Below the pieces are notes generated by a model that was not told the origin of the DNA, searched no databases, and worked only from the letters and a program-made list of their open reading frames with translations. Shown here piece after piece: positions 1-12,827 of a stretch of 64,000 nt of DNA. The stretch is from Lepidodermella squamata (lineage: Eukaryota > Animalia > Gastrotricha): contig JBLDXI010000045.1 in NCBI GenBank assembly GCA_047495785.1, forward strand, positions 372,001-436,000, given 5' to 3'. The translations under genes were made by a program, and so were the position numbers. Numbering within the stretch: position 1 is the stretch's first letter; the number at the start of each line of letters is the position of its first letter.

Positions 1-1220
1 AGACCGTCGTAACAGCAAATACCCAAAACAGCAAACGCAACATAGCAACAAACTTTTCTACTTGCGACATAACAGCAGAAACACAATGCACCTTTTACAT
101 AGGGGGTTGTGATCGAAAGGTGCATCAAATTGTTTCGAAATGTTCGAGCTTTGTTTCAGTTTGTTTCACTTTGTCTGGGAATACATCTGAATTATTACGG
201 AATAGTTGAAAATTTCCCCAAAAATGAGGTGATCGAACGGATTTTTTCACAATTTTACGCGAATTTCACGTTTACTCTCAGAAGTAATTCGAAGTATCCT
301 ATAGTATCTGTTTACTCACTGAAATAAGTGATTTTTCTGCTCAAATAATTGGAATATCGTAACAAATGTGAAACAATTTGACCCCCAGTCCCGACTGGGG
401 GTCAAATTACCCCCAGAAATAGTAAAATCATGGTGCTTTTGATGGATGATTCACGCGAACAACAGAAATCTAATTAATTTCTCTTGATACTCCCGCTTGG
501 TTCTAAACCCCTGACACGGATCACTAAAATGGCATTCCCTACTACAATAGAACCAGGCTGCTTCCATCCGACTTCCGATGCTGTCTCATTTTTGGAAAAT
601 CGTTACATGAGTAGTAGATAAGTTGAGAGTTGATTACCATAAATGCCGAATTATTAGGCACTGTCCTCTATTTTTGACGGACCTTCTCAGAAAAATAAGT
701 TGCTCACCTAGAACTGCTCCCTGAGATCGATCTAAAACAGGCCTTGAATTCTTAGGAGGGTCTAATGTCTAATCCAGAATCCAGCCTATTATTTGGATAC
801 TGCCTTATGATTCGGTATTTATGGTAGCTAATTTGAGGGCTAGCGAACTGATGAATGTCTCCTCTGCTATTAGCCTATTGAATATCAGCCTCCATAGAAA
901 TGGTCAAGTCCTTTTTCGACCGTTAGCCTTTGAAGCGGTGTACACTTAGGTGAAACAAAGGTGAAATTAACAACTACCTTTTGAATCCAAATCATTAATC
1001 AGGCCGAGACGATCATGTAGACTCCTGCTTTAGAATCGATTTTTCTAAATTATTTTTTTAAAGTGAGACTATTTGTTCGAAAAAGGTAAAAAATGACCTA
1101 AATTATGCACTCTTCGATCACAACCCCCATAGTAAGTTTTCGCTGTTTTGTCGCGAAATAAAAAAATTGCTGTTTTGTCGCACTCGCTGTTTTGCGTAGT
1201 TGCTGTTTTGTCGCCGTACC
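1..1220. mobile_element. Non-autonomous TIR DNA transposon (~1.2 kb; left end probably cut by window edge)
   Basis: ATAGGGGGTTGTGATCGAAAGGTGCAT (~99-125) is the near reverse complement of ATGCACTCTTCGATCACAACCCCCATAG (~1105-1132). AACAGCAA-type repeats at 1-80 mirror tandem GCTGTTTTGTCGC repeats at 1140-1215. No credible ORF inside. Confidence 0.65.
375..408. repeat. Perfect 16-bp-stem palindrome AATTTGACCCCCAGTC-CC-GACTGGGGGTCAAATT
   Basis: Read directly from the sequence; lies inside the TIR element. Confidence 0.9.
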
Positions 1221-1706
1221 AACAAATCACCTGAATATCGCATCGCTGGAAATATAATGGATCATCGATTTTCATTATCGAAAGTGAAGGCATGGACAGG
1301 GGACAGGGTAATCTGATGTTGAAAAGTTGACGTCAAATATAATCGTGTAAAATACCGAAAATTAACGAACAATTTATAAACGAGTTTGTCGGGTTTTCTT
1401 CACTGAAATCGTCGATAAATTATATGGGGAACGCTCCCCATAGCTTCGATTTGGGGAAATTATTGAATTTTATGCCAAAACTCAGTTGCACAACTTTGTA
1501 CCAGCAGCAAAATTCATGTTAAAAAACGCATGTATATTGATCGCTGTATCATTTACTTCCATTAAAAGGCCGCCGATCCAGATTCAATTGAAAAAGGTAT
1601 AAGATAACATTCAAAAACATTCAAAACCGGACGCAGAGAAATTGAATTTTTGCAAGTCATATCAATAATATAGGAAAGCGAGATCAAAGTTGTATCGAGT
1701 GAGTCA

Positions 1707-4700
1707 TCAAAATCGTGCAATTTGATCGATAGCTAATGATTGCCGATGTTGGCACGTGACACTGTCGCATTTCGAGCATTTATAAAATATCGTCTCATCA
1801 ACTGTTTTGATTCTGCAAAGTTGTATCATTCTATCATTGGAACAACCGACATCCGGTTCTTTCGAAATTTCCGATTTCCGGCGATTATTCTGGCCATAAT
1901 TGTCACTATGACCTAGTAAAGGCGATGTGTTATTGTCGCCAGCATTCGTCGTTGTAGTTCGTCGAGGGATAAAATCGGTTGTAACAAAACTATTCTGCCG
2001 ATGCCGGCAGCCCAGCAATACCAACATCGATTTCCGGATATCAGGCATTCTCAAACAATATATCACCTTAAAATTGAAGAAAAACGTAAAATTTCTGTTG
2101 AAATGGTTACTGTGAGTGACTTACAGGATCGATGACCGAGTTGAGGTGAAGAAATGCCAGGGCAATGCATAAATATTTGTTGAAAAACTGATGAGCCGAA
2201 GCCAGGGTGTCTTCACTATTGAGCAAATACCCGACGAGCGGCGACCAGCACAGCAGGCAGGATAACACTAGAAGCCCTGTTGTGAAAAAGCCACGGAACC
2301 GAGTTCGAGGGATCAGCTCGAAACCGCTAGATGCGCTACGATGGACCCTATTCTTCTCTTGGAAAATCAGAGTTTGCTCCGCCAGTCGCATGTGGTGAAG
2401 TTGAGCCTGATAAATAGAGAAAATTGTCTAAAGATGCACAATTTTTGAATTTTTGGAAAAACTCCCGAGAAATTCCGAAAATTACCAAACGAGTTAATTT
2501 TAAATGTCTTGGGTAAATCGTGAATTAGGAAATTTCAAAAATTGTTACAATTTTTGCAAACAGAGTCTTTTCTTTTGGGACACGCTGTACATTTCAAAAC
2601 TTGGCACCAAACGCCAAGTATGCGAAATGCCACTTTTCGATTATTTTTGTTGGATTGTGCTCTTAACGGTGATGACAAGGCCTTTTACAAAAAATTACGA
2701 AGAAATCTTCAGTAGATTTTTAATAGGGTCTAAATTTTAGCACCCCTCTAGATTTGAGATTCCAGCACTTAATTTTCCAATTCTTTGCGATCTCGACTGT
2801 TTCTTGATTGATACTGATGCTCTCTATGACCTTGAATTGTTTCATTCTACAGCAGATATTCATATAATCCTCCAAGTGCTCACTTTGGGCTTCCTTCAAA
2901 TTACATTCTAGCAGTTTTACGGCTGGGCAGTAAGCTTTTTGCTTTATAGCTGGCCTGAGATTGCGATTGAATCGACTCTAGCAGAAGAAAGAAGAAGCTA
3001 TTGTCCGCGCTGCTGGCGTAATGAAGAGCAGGTGATGGTAAGCTGTGATGGTTGTCAAACGTGGTTCTTTCATTGAAGCTTTATTCAATGACGATGAGAG
3101 AGAGAGAGAGCGAAAACTTGCCAGAACGCCACTCTGAACAGTATCGAAGTATTGCATGCGTTTACGTTTATCGACGATTTTGGTGCCAACGGAACGAAGA
3201 AAGCGATCATCTGAGCTTCCTTGAGCTAATGGCTGACGATTTCGTACGAATTGCTTGCCTATTAGACCCGCAGTTCAAGGGGTCTTATCTTGATGTATGT
3301 GGCGAAGCCACCTGTTGAATGTTGAATTTGAAATTGGCGGTCGACCTTGACCGAACCTCATGGATACGTGTAGCGTTAATGTAGTGACAAATGGCGAACT
3401 ATGATTGGCTGGATATCGGTATATAAGATGACTTGTTAATAATGTCGGGGAGATTGAAGTAATAAACTAGAGATCGTTACTAACGTGTTTTATTGTTGCC
3501 AGTAGAGACAGTCCTTTGGTCTTCTCGCCACAATGCAGATCTTACAGACGTGATCAATCAAGGCCGAGTAGGACTTCGAAGACATTATTACTACTATGTT
3601 GCAAGAAGCCACTGTTCAAACGAAAATACAAGCGAAGGCGGCTAAGAATATTGCCCGAACTCAGGCCAAACAGCAACGCGACTACAATCGTCGGCATAAT
3701 ACGGGCCGAGCCTTCGAAGTCCATAAACACGAGGCGCCCCACGTTTCTATGACCCGTTAACACCTGAATTCCCGAAACAGGAAACGTATCTACCACCAAC
3801 TGTAGCTAATTGAAAACAAAAATCGCGAGCCTAACCCAGCCAATTGTCATTTAATCCTCCGAGTGCTTTAAAGAAACATAACGTCTCACTTCGGGCTTCT
3901 CTCAAACATGCACTGCACTAACAGTTTCCAACGAACCAATCGACGAAATAAAAGGTTACATCGACGCACGATATGTCTCTTCGTCTGAAGCGTGTTGGCG
4001 AATACTGTCATACCCGATGGAGGGACAGTATCCTAATGTCGTCCGCTTGGATGTTATTCATCTTCCCAAAGAGCAAAACGTTTATTTCAATCCAATGCAG
4101 CAGTTGCAGCTTAACGATCGGCTTGCCGAGTCAACGCTCACTGCTTGGTTTCGCTACAACGCCAGCCATAACGACTCCCATCACGTCAAATACATGGATT
4201 TCCCTGGCAGCCACACTTACGGCGATAAAAAGTGAGTTTGGTCTAAGCGAAAGCGGGCCCCTGATTTTGGGTTAATACCCTGTGGCCGAATGTACCTCCC
4301 ATCGCCAACGGCTGGAAAACTATATTACCTGCGGCTCCTTCTACTTCAGTTGCCGTGTTGCCGCTGTTACCCTAATTGCTTTTATCAATTGTTATCATAG
4401 ACGCCAGTCAAAGACGATTGATGTCCTGAAAATCTCTTTCCGTTACCGCTACCTGAAAAATGTATAAATCATCTCTAATCTTTAGACTAATTTTTAAATA
4501 TTTCATGATCATATAACCATGATCGAAGCGAAATTTTCCTATGACACGGACACTCTGCTGGTCGAACTGACGGCACCATCGATCGCCGAGTTGCAGCAGG
4601 TCGCAATCGAGGAGTATAACTTTTATTATACCCAACTGAAATTCCCGCTGGTGTTCAAGTACATATTTTGACGGTTCAGATTGGCTTACAGACGTGAAGG

Positions 4701-7700
4701 ATACAACTTTTTTGTTCGCTGTTTCTTATGAAAAAGCATCTGTTTTTTTCAATCATAGAGATCAGATTAAACTATTACCACCTGGCTGAAAGAAATCCCA
4801 GTTAAAGCTGGCATTAGTCCGATCACTATTCGTATTAATAAGCGGGGTAAAGGAATTTCTGAAGTAATTATTGAGTTGAATGAAAGGTCCCGGAGTTCAC
4901 TGACTGCAACGGAAATGGTGGTTGCCAAACTTCCTCATTTTGAGGCTTCTTCGTCATTTTGTAACGAGTGCGACGCTGAAGGCATGAACCACTCGTGTGA
5001 TCGCAACATGCATTTTTTAAGCTTCGAAAACGTTGATTTTTCATTACACAAAAATCAACAACTCGACTCACCGACAATCGAAACGTGCTAAAAAGGCCCC
5101 ACATTTCCAGGGACTAATAACTGAGAGTTGAAGGGAATTGTGTGAATGAGAATCAAGCTTGCTCCGAAAAAGTAATAAAAAAATGTATGATTTTCAGGGC
5201 TCAAGAACTCAAAATGATCGTGAGAAAACGCACTACAAAAAAGCACTAAAGAGAACTGGGTCCATTTCATAACGTGAAAACAGAGTGGGTTACAAAAAAG
5301 TGAAGAAAATAACTCTCTGCAAGAATTGGAGTTTTTCAAATTCCACCTTAATAATTATTAAGACTTTTTGTAGAAAAAATTGCATTGAGTTTCCTCTCTG
5401 GTTAATCTGATCTCTATGTTCTCAATAAAGCCTTCTCTGAAATTTGCGCTTTTTTTCGAACCAACCAATGAAATTTGAGCCTTTTCGCGCCTAAAAAGTG
5501 GTCGCCCGATGGAATGCTTCTAAATGCGTTTTTTGGGCGAGTTGAATATACGGAATTTGGTTCCACTTCCAATCAAATTTGGTTCCGGTAAAAGTAGGTC
5601 TTTAATAATAAGAATTACCTGGGTGCAGGTGAAAATGTAAGATCCCAAAATTGAAACGAGTAGAATAACCATGAGAACACTGACGCTGAATTGAGTAGCA
5701 AACGAGTCGGAAAGATCGAAAATGTGCAGCGTGACGACTCCGATGATAACACTGGTCCATAGAATTGATAGAAAGATTTTCGGCCACTTGGGTTTCACCA
5801 TCAGCCGTTCGTAGAAAAACGGAGCCGCTATTGCGAGTACGTTGTCAAAACTCAGGCAAAACAGGCCGAGGGCGCTCATAATGTAGCCGATTTGCCACAC
5901 ACCCTTCACGCCGGCCTTGGCGAGAAAGTCCACTACTACGGTTTGAGCAAGCTCCCAGCTATTGCTTTCGGTCGATGTTGCATTGTTACCAGGGTTGGAC
6001 GTTGTGCTTAGGAATGACGATGAGGCTAATGAATTCGTAGCGGATGAATACCGTCGAACGCCCAACACATCGGGATCGCCGCATCGCTTTAGCAGTAAGG
6101 CTGTAGTCAGGACGATATCAGAGAACGATAAGCTAGAAAATACAAAAATGATCGTTAAAACTTTTCAAGAGGCAAATAAAATGAATCAACGGAGTATCCT
6201 CATTAAATTTCCTCAGAATTATGCTGGCTTAGAGATGAACTTTTGCTTCAATGCCTCTTTTCATCCTACCAAATTTATCTTCCTAAACGTGAATAAAAAT
6301 CTCAAGTTGTCCTCGAATTTGCTCAAATAAAGCTCAACGGCCGGAATTCGCCGCCCTTTCAATGCAGCTCGAGAGCTTTCCCATTTGCGATCTCAGATTG
6401 CGAACGCGGGTTTTCCTGCATGGCGAAATATGGTCAGAAGATCGTAACTCGCTGGAAGTGGAAACTGTTTTCAGATTTCGATTTCACCGATTCAGATTAT
6501 ACCGAAAATCTAGCGTTTTCTCGAGATCTACGGTCCGGAGCCTAAGAATTTCGATCCAATGCCCTACGTGATCTGTTATCTCCAAGCCCAAGACAAGCAA
6601 CATTATTTGCCTGACGGCAACCGTGAATTAATTCAGAAAAAATCTTTCATGTCGGCCCGTGAGTGTGGGCCATCGAGGCGGCGATTGTCATCTTCGGAGC
6701 CGATGCCCTCCGACCTTCCTTCCCCTTGGAACCCTCAAGGACACCGTTAATTGCTGATAGGAAATCAGCGTAATTTCTCAAGAAACTGGTCCAGATTGCG
6801 GCAGGGATGAAAATAAGTAGAAATCCAGCTCATTTGAGGAAAACTGGGAACCGCGGGTTAGGGAACAGGAATATTGGGAAATTGGACCGATTTCTTATCA
6901 GCAATTACCGGTGTCCTTGAGGGTTCCAAGGGGAAGGAAGGTCGCTGATCACGATGGCATCATTATTTTCCGGAAATTCGACAGTCATCAGGAGCCATAC
7001 TAATTACCGGTAATTACCTGTGGTAATAAAATTTATTGCCCCCTGAAAAAATGCCGGAAATTGTTCGTGCAACACATGTTATTGGTCACAATTTCGCGCT
7101 GATTCCGAATCCGAGGTCAGTTCTGCGATTCCGATCTTCCGCTAATCCCCCCAAGCGCTGTCAGCTTCCCAATTTTTTGGAAATTCGAGCACTTTGAGGG
7201 AAAAGTTAATTTTCGGAATTTTGATGATGCGAGATGAAAAAACTAATAAATAACCCATTATTACTCAGTTGTCACATTTCTCAACGTAATTTTGACAATG
7301 ATTAAGTGAAAATCATGATTTGAAAAATTTTCCAAATTTCCCAAATCTTCCGCTACCGCTGATACCGTGATAGGACAATATTTCTAGCCCTGTGCCCTCG
7401 TCAGCTCGATAATTGAACCGAGAAGCAGCCACAGCCCGCGTCAGCCGATCACCGAGCGGACCCATGGCGACCAGTTGCGTTTGCTCAAGAGTACGTGATT
7501 TAATTGAACTAGTTTTTCATTATTGCTCAACCATTGTTCTATTTTTCTTACGATCAATTTTTTTATCGCCTCAACTGTATCTTTTTCTGTTTTTAGAAGT
7601 TCTCTACGCGGTCTTTTCGGGGGCGACAATGCGGCCTTGAAGTGGGTCCAGGTTCGCGACACTGTCAATCAATGGGGCAACGACGAGGCCTCCCGGCGAG

Positions 7701-10700
7701 CTGGCCGCAAGGGCCGTCGAAGCAATCAGCCATCAACGTGCGACCTTGGCGACCTAAGCTAAGATCTTCTAAGATTTTGCAAGATCGTGCAGGAACTTGG
7801 CCGATCTTGCTTGATCATTAATGATACTTGCTGATCGTCGCAGCTGCAGCGAAGAATCTTGCTAAGACCAATTCTCCTTGTTTCTGCTTTCTTCCTTCTT
7901 TTACTCCTTTGTTGTAACTCTAGCAAGTATAATTAAATAAGGTACAACTGACAGTAAAAGTGACAAAAAACTTGAGTCCTCAGTCATCGATTCCGATCTA
8001 ATTACACCCGGTTCCGCGAGGTTCACGACCGCAACAAGCGGTCTGGTGTCAAGCTGCGTACCTTCAAACACTACGACTGGTTAAAGCGGGTCATGGGCGA
8101 CAAAGGCGCTGTTGATCCGAATTTCATATCTCAGTTCAGTCACATAAATGGCTATTCATGGTCTTCTCATAGAAGCTGAGAATCGTCGGCAAATTTTCAG
8201 AGTGATGACAGCGATGAAGATTCAACTAAGAACAGCGAGAAAAATAGGAAAGAAGACTGCTGTGAAAAAGCCTAGAAAAGTCATTTTGAGTGATGAGGCG
8301 GTTTTTGTTGCAAAACAAGCAGGAATTTACAAGAAAAAAGTTCGAACACTTTCGTACGGAACCTTATCGTTAAGGTGGTCGAGGTGGGGGAAAGTGGGTA
8401 CGACTCGGCTGCCCTGAAGGTCGCCTCGAAACGAAGTTCAGGATGGAACAGGTTCAGCTGCTGAAAGGCGACGCGGCTCCTTTCGAGGTGCCCGACAAAG
8501 ACATCGCTTATTGGATTGCTGCGATTCAAACGAAGAAAATTGTTGTCTTTTCTTATTGTGTAGTAACACCGAACGCTGATGAAGGTGTTTCGCGCTTAAT
8601 TGTCCCTACAAGGTGCGAACTGATCATTGAGACGGGTCATGCCTGAACAGACGGAATTCAGCTGTGATCGAAATCAGGCTTCAGCGTCTTCGACAACAAC
8701 TGTGCAGCCAGTAATCAACAAAGCCGATATGAAATAATATTGGAACCAATTGCGGAAAATTCAGGTGAATGCTTTGGAGGAGCATCAGCTAGGGCACGTC
8801 ATCTTAGCTAGAGGGATTAATGAAAGCAGAGGTGAACTAAGAGAATCGCATGCCGAGCTGCTACAAACCGAGATTCCCGAATTGACCGCGGCCAAAATCC
8901 GATGCTACAGGCTTGGCGTTAGACCTGATCTTCGCAAGAGATTGCCACCTCGTCTTGTCAAAGTCAAAATTCTTGACCACAATGGAAAATATTTCCCAAC
9001 AATGCCTCGCAAACTACAAGCCAGACTACGAAAATCCGACTGTCAACATCATTAGCTTCAAACCATTTCAAACTAAGTTTCGAACGGAACTGAAAAACCT
9101 GGTTTTCGAGAAGATTTCTGAGCTCAAAAAAATCGACGCGAACGTCTATGGTAAGGATGGCTTTCTGCTGAAAACAACGCTGGGCAATAAATGGATCAAT
9201 TAATGCCAGCCTGAGAAATAATATAATTATAAAGTCTTCTATAACCCGAGGTCACCCTTCTCGTTACGATGTTGCTCATCCTGATGGTTCTTATAGATAT
9301 GCTACTTCTGTTGCTTCTCATAATTTTTTTCTGAATAGAATTTTGAATGTTTGGAATAATTGACCTCGTTATAACTTTTTGCCTTTGACAGAACGCTGCC
9401 TCTTAATGTACAAAATGAGTTCTTCAAAAAATTCAATGATTTGAATCAATGAATATGCACCATCTCCTTCAATAAATGGCAGATCTCATGTTTCCACTGC
9501 CAGTTACTGAGTCACCATACAGATCGAGTCTTGCTTATACTGACTACTTTCTTCGCGGTTTGGCTTCGAAAACGAAATCGTCAGTACTTCTGTACAGGAA
9601 AGATGTCATCATTCTCGAAGAAATTGGTCTGGTTTCCTCTGAAACTCTCGAGGTGATCGACCTTGTCATGAGAACCCTGACAGGTTTGTTAATTCCATTA
9701 TAAATTCTGAATGTACCTCTTCAACCTATTCTAGGATTGAATGCGAAAGTGGGCGGTAAATTGATAATCGCCACCGGTGACTACAGCCAGCTCAAGTTTA
9801 TTGACGGCCGGTCGTTTTGGGAGTCAACGCAGCTATACTTGTGCGACGTTGCACTACTGAAGCATTTTGTTCGAGCCGCACAGGATCAACTGCTACAGCA
9901 AGCCCTAAATGTTCTGCGCCACTCAGTATTGGATGAAGCGGATCGGCGCCTGGTCGTTGAGGCAGTCAGCGGCTGCTGCAAGTTCTATAATGACTGGTCG
10001 GACGTGCCTTTTGATGTGCAGCGTCTCGTGCCTACTCGCAGAGCCGAACAAGAAGTCATACACAATTTTCTGGCTGCATCGGAGCGCAGCTGACAGCTGA
10101 TGCTCGGGACGAAGTTCAACGTCAGGGCATATGGGTGGCTACGCTTCGCGGCGATCACAAAAACTACCTTGATCGACTAACGCTGAAGCCGCAAAAACTC
10201 ACGCTTTTTGTTGGGGCAGTCGTCTGCATGGCGTACAATTTCAATGCTTCGTCACCTGCCAGTTCCTTCTCACAAGGTCAACTTGAAATTGTTGAAAAAC
10301 TGCCGGCGGATCTGAATGCAGATGGTGCGAAAATCGTTCTTAAGCTTGTTCCGCCTGGTAGTCGCGACATTGAACAAAGCGCCGGCTGGACAACAATCAC
10401 AGTTGGTCGTCATGACGAAGACAATGTCGTTTTCGGCGAAACGAAGCAGCATCTCAGGCGTGTTCAATTTGGCATTCGCCACTATATCGCGTCGACCATC
10501 CACCGCATTATGGGTTCAACTTGTGAAAACGGTGTAGCTGTCCAGATTTCTCATGCGGAAACAGATTACATCCTTTCCGGAATTTTTCCAATCGCCACTT
10601 ACCCTCGCGGACATCTTGTCGCTGCAACCGCCGCCCATTCCGAGGCAACGCCAACCGCAGCCGCTAGTTCTACCTGTCGAGGTAGACACGTGTCACTGTG

Positions 10701-12078
10701 GCGACGAGATTTTCGGTGCGTGCTGCTGCGCTTACCATCAGGCGCACTTTCCGGAGCTGCTATGCCACGACCACTTCATGGCCAGCCAGTGCAGCGCTCC
10801 GCAGGAGGAGAACACGCAAGGATAAATCTTTCAAACAAGTCGCTACTAATGGTGTCTTTCATCATTAGGGCCCGGTATCGCCCCTATCCGGGGTCACAAT
10901 GCCTCGCGTATTTGTCGACCACCACCGAGTAGACACACTACGGTGCTTGTCTATGAAGGGAGGGGCCCTTTCTTTAATAAAACTCAAATGCATGTATTAA
11001 CGGTATTGATTGATTGATTCAATTTTACTTACACATTTTACTTACACATCTATATCCATTCTGTGTTCCAACTTTTTCGGGGTGAGGGGGATCCACATCT
11101 CCTCCAATGACCTGGAGAGGGGATCACTCATAGGGGTAGTTCGAGTTATTACGCCGTGCGCAGCACCCAGAAGAAAATAGAGAGAAAAAACAAGAAAAGG
11201 CTCCGCAACACCTCTCGTCGTCAAGTTCTGATTAAATGATTCAATGATTCAATGATGAAAAAAATTTAATGATTCCTTCGCGATTCCTTCATCCGTTCTA
11301 GCAACCGAAACTCTTGGGCGCGTGGCCATCGGAACTTCGTTTTGGCAGCAAAATAATTATTGAATTTGTGAGCAAAGTTTTACAAAAAATCATAAGTTTG
11401 CCAAACTTGCGATGGATTTCCCGTTATTTTCGTCAAAAATATGACTTCAATTCAAATTTGTTTATGTGGAAAAAGTACGGTTTCGTGAATTTTAAAGATA
11501 AGATAGATTATTTTATACCTGATTAGCACATAATGTCTGAGATACTTTTGATTGACTCGAATAACAGCAGCTATAGCCAACTAAACAAAAATGTAATTTA
11601 TTACAGTGATGCCTATACTTGGGTGCCTTACCGAATTGAGCACTATCGCAAGAATTATCAGCGGAATTGCGATTGACAGGTAATATCTGAAATACTTCAA
11701 GTTGACCAAGTGCAAGAACTCCTCCAGCGACTCTGATATGTAATATATCGGGCATTCCAGCGCGAATTCATTTGTCGATCGGTCGTAATGTTCAACTATT
11801 GTTATCGGAGTCGTTGAAGCGTTTACCGAAGAAGAGAAATTACTCTCGTTCGACACAAATTCTCTTTCATCGAGAGAAATAATTCCGCATTTTGCTTGAA
11901 TGCCTTTAAGGTCGACAAAGGCCCAGTCTTCAGGCTTTGAATAGCCTTTGCTAGTGAACATGTGCTGAATGATAGTTTCGATGAGAGCGCCAAAATCTGA
12001 GTAGCCGCCAACATCAGAAATCTCCAGGTACTCCTCGGGAGATCGAAGGACATCTTCATGCCCTTTCCCAGGGTCCAT
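1707..12078 (-). CDS. Class A orphan GPCR, melanocortin/adenosine-receptor-like (paralog C), ~554 aa; exons 12078-11632, 11580-11519, 6132-5619, 2406-2125, 2066-1707
   Basis: GT-AG joins keep frame (1665 nt). Seven hydrophobic segments. TM2 SLSFSD..LLLKRCG, TM3 LSFDNVLAIAAPFFY, TM6 LLCWSP, TM7 NSVIDPVIYCLR. Clearly homologous to the genes at 41.3-43.7 kb and 47.8-51.8 kb. Confidence 0.85.
2996..3318 (+). mobile_element. Transposon debris: PHD-finger fragment plus hAT-transposase-like fragment
   Basis: Translates YCPRCWRNEEQVMVSCDGCQTWF (PHD N-half) at ~2999-3070, and RIACLLDPQFK (cf. hAT 'LDPRFK') at ~3245-3280. Both truncated; inside a GPCR intron. Confidence 0.45.
3924..4360 (+). mobile_element. 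Helitron Rep/helicase fragment (decayed)
   Basis: DEIKGYIDARYVSSSEACWRILSYPM...VRLDVIHLP..Q.VYF...STLTAWF.YN, followed after frameshifts by GRMYLPSPTAGKLYYLRLLL. These are hallmark motifs downstream of the Helitron Rep domain. Confidence 0.9.
6711..6944. repeat. Long inverted repeat (~56-bp arms 6711-6766 / 6889-6944), MITE/foldback-like
   Basis: CGACCTTCCTTCCCCTTGGAACCCTCAAGGACACCGTTAATTGCTGATAGGAAATC versus its near-perfect reverse complement (2 mismatches). Confidence 0.9.
8310..8510 (+). mobile_element. Dispersed repeat, copy 1: fragment of integrase-type (Ginger/KRBA2-SCAND3-like) transposon C-terminus
   Basis: Highly similar to 17760-17990 (shared GTTAAGGT.GTCGAGGTGG...CGACTCGGCT...CGCCTCGAAACGAAGTTCAG.ATGGAACAGGTTCA), with an internal deletion relative to copy 2. 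Confidence 0.6.
8750..9203 (+). mobile_element. Decayed non-LTR retrotransposon ORF1-like fragment
   Basis: VILARGINES...IRCYRLG....PPRLVKVK motif typical of CR1/L2-type ORF1 RRM region; frameshifted. Confidence 0.5.
9476..10570 (+). pseudogene. Transposon-associated PIF1-family helicase, truncated and frameshifted, with a 51-nt intron (9684-9734)
   Basis: DVIILEEIGLVS (motif II), GGKLIIATGDYSQL (III), LKHFVRAAQD...L..LR (IV), LTLFVGAVV..N, RVQFGIRHYIASTIHRIMGST (V). Walker A not present; stop/frameshift at ~10090. Confidence 0.8.
10570..10825 (+). mobile_element. Cys/His-rich C-terminal tail of a DNA transposase (pogo/Tc1-like), fragment
   Basis: TCHCGDEIFGACCC.......LLCHDHF pattern fused out of frame to the PIF1 remnant. 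Confidence 0.35.
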
Positions 12079-12827
12079 ATATAAAATTAATTAAAACAAA
12101 AACTCTTCTGAATAAATTGAGTGTATATGGAAGGCTTAGAGGGAAATAGAAGATAGATCAATGCCAGTGCAAAGGCTTTTGTTTCTTCCTTAAAGAAAAA
12201 TAGATCCATATTTCCATAAATTATGCACACAGTGTTTAAAAAAAAACCATTGATAAAAAGGCATCGGTCAAGTGCGATTGGCTGAGAAATAAGGGAGTTT
12301 ACCCTAAGCAGGAAATAGCAGTCATTACGCGACCACTAATTTCTTCTTGCGCATGTTTTGACGTTTTGGCTTCCGCTCCTGATTAGCCCCGCTGACGATC
12401 GTGTTTTTTGCGACGAGCCTGCGTGCTGATCGATAATATACTGCCTTATTATCGTCACTTTTCCGGATAAATAATAAAACATCTTCAAATAAAAGAATGC
12501 ACTATTTTTACCAAAAAATTGCAATTTTTATTTGCCATGGAAAAACGGGAGAGAGAGAAATCATTTTTTGAAATGCGTACTTCATCCGCATCGTCGTACT
12601 ATACATAGACACTAGAGAAATAATCATTGGATTATGAGACGATGAAAATAGTTAATAATAATAATAATAGACTCGATGCAAGCGCGCGTAAAAATTCATA
12701 GTGTAATGAAACAAAAGAATGAAAGCAACTCGGCAGAGAGAGAAAGAGAAAGAACGAATCATCATTTTCATAGAAAAATCCCGTCGATTATTAAATCGCA
12801 TCACGTGCTTGTAGGTCAAAAATAGCA

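Noticed and set aside
3369-3531. Solo-LTR-like segment (TGTAGCG...CGCCACA with TATA and AATAAA)
   Set aside because: No target-site duplication and no second copy in the window; cannot be supported.
7755-7870. Loose AAGATCTTGC-like repeats
   Set aside because: Too degenerate to define. Probably a transposon subterminal region, not an array.
10135-10932. 265-aa ORF as an intact gene
   Set aside because: It is a chimera of the PIF1 relic's 3' part and an unrelated out-of-frame fragment.
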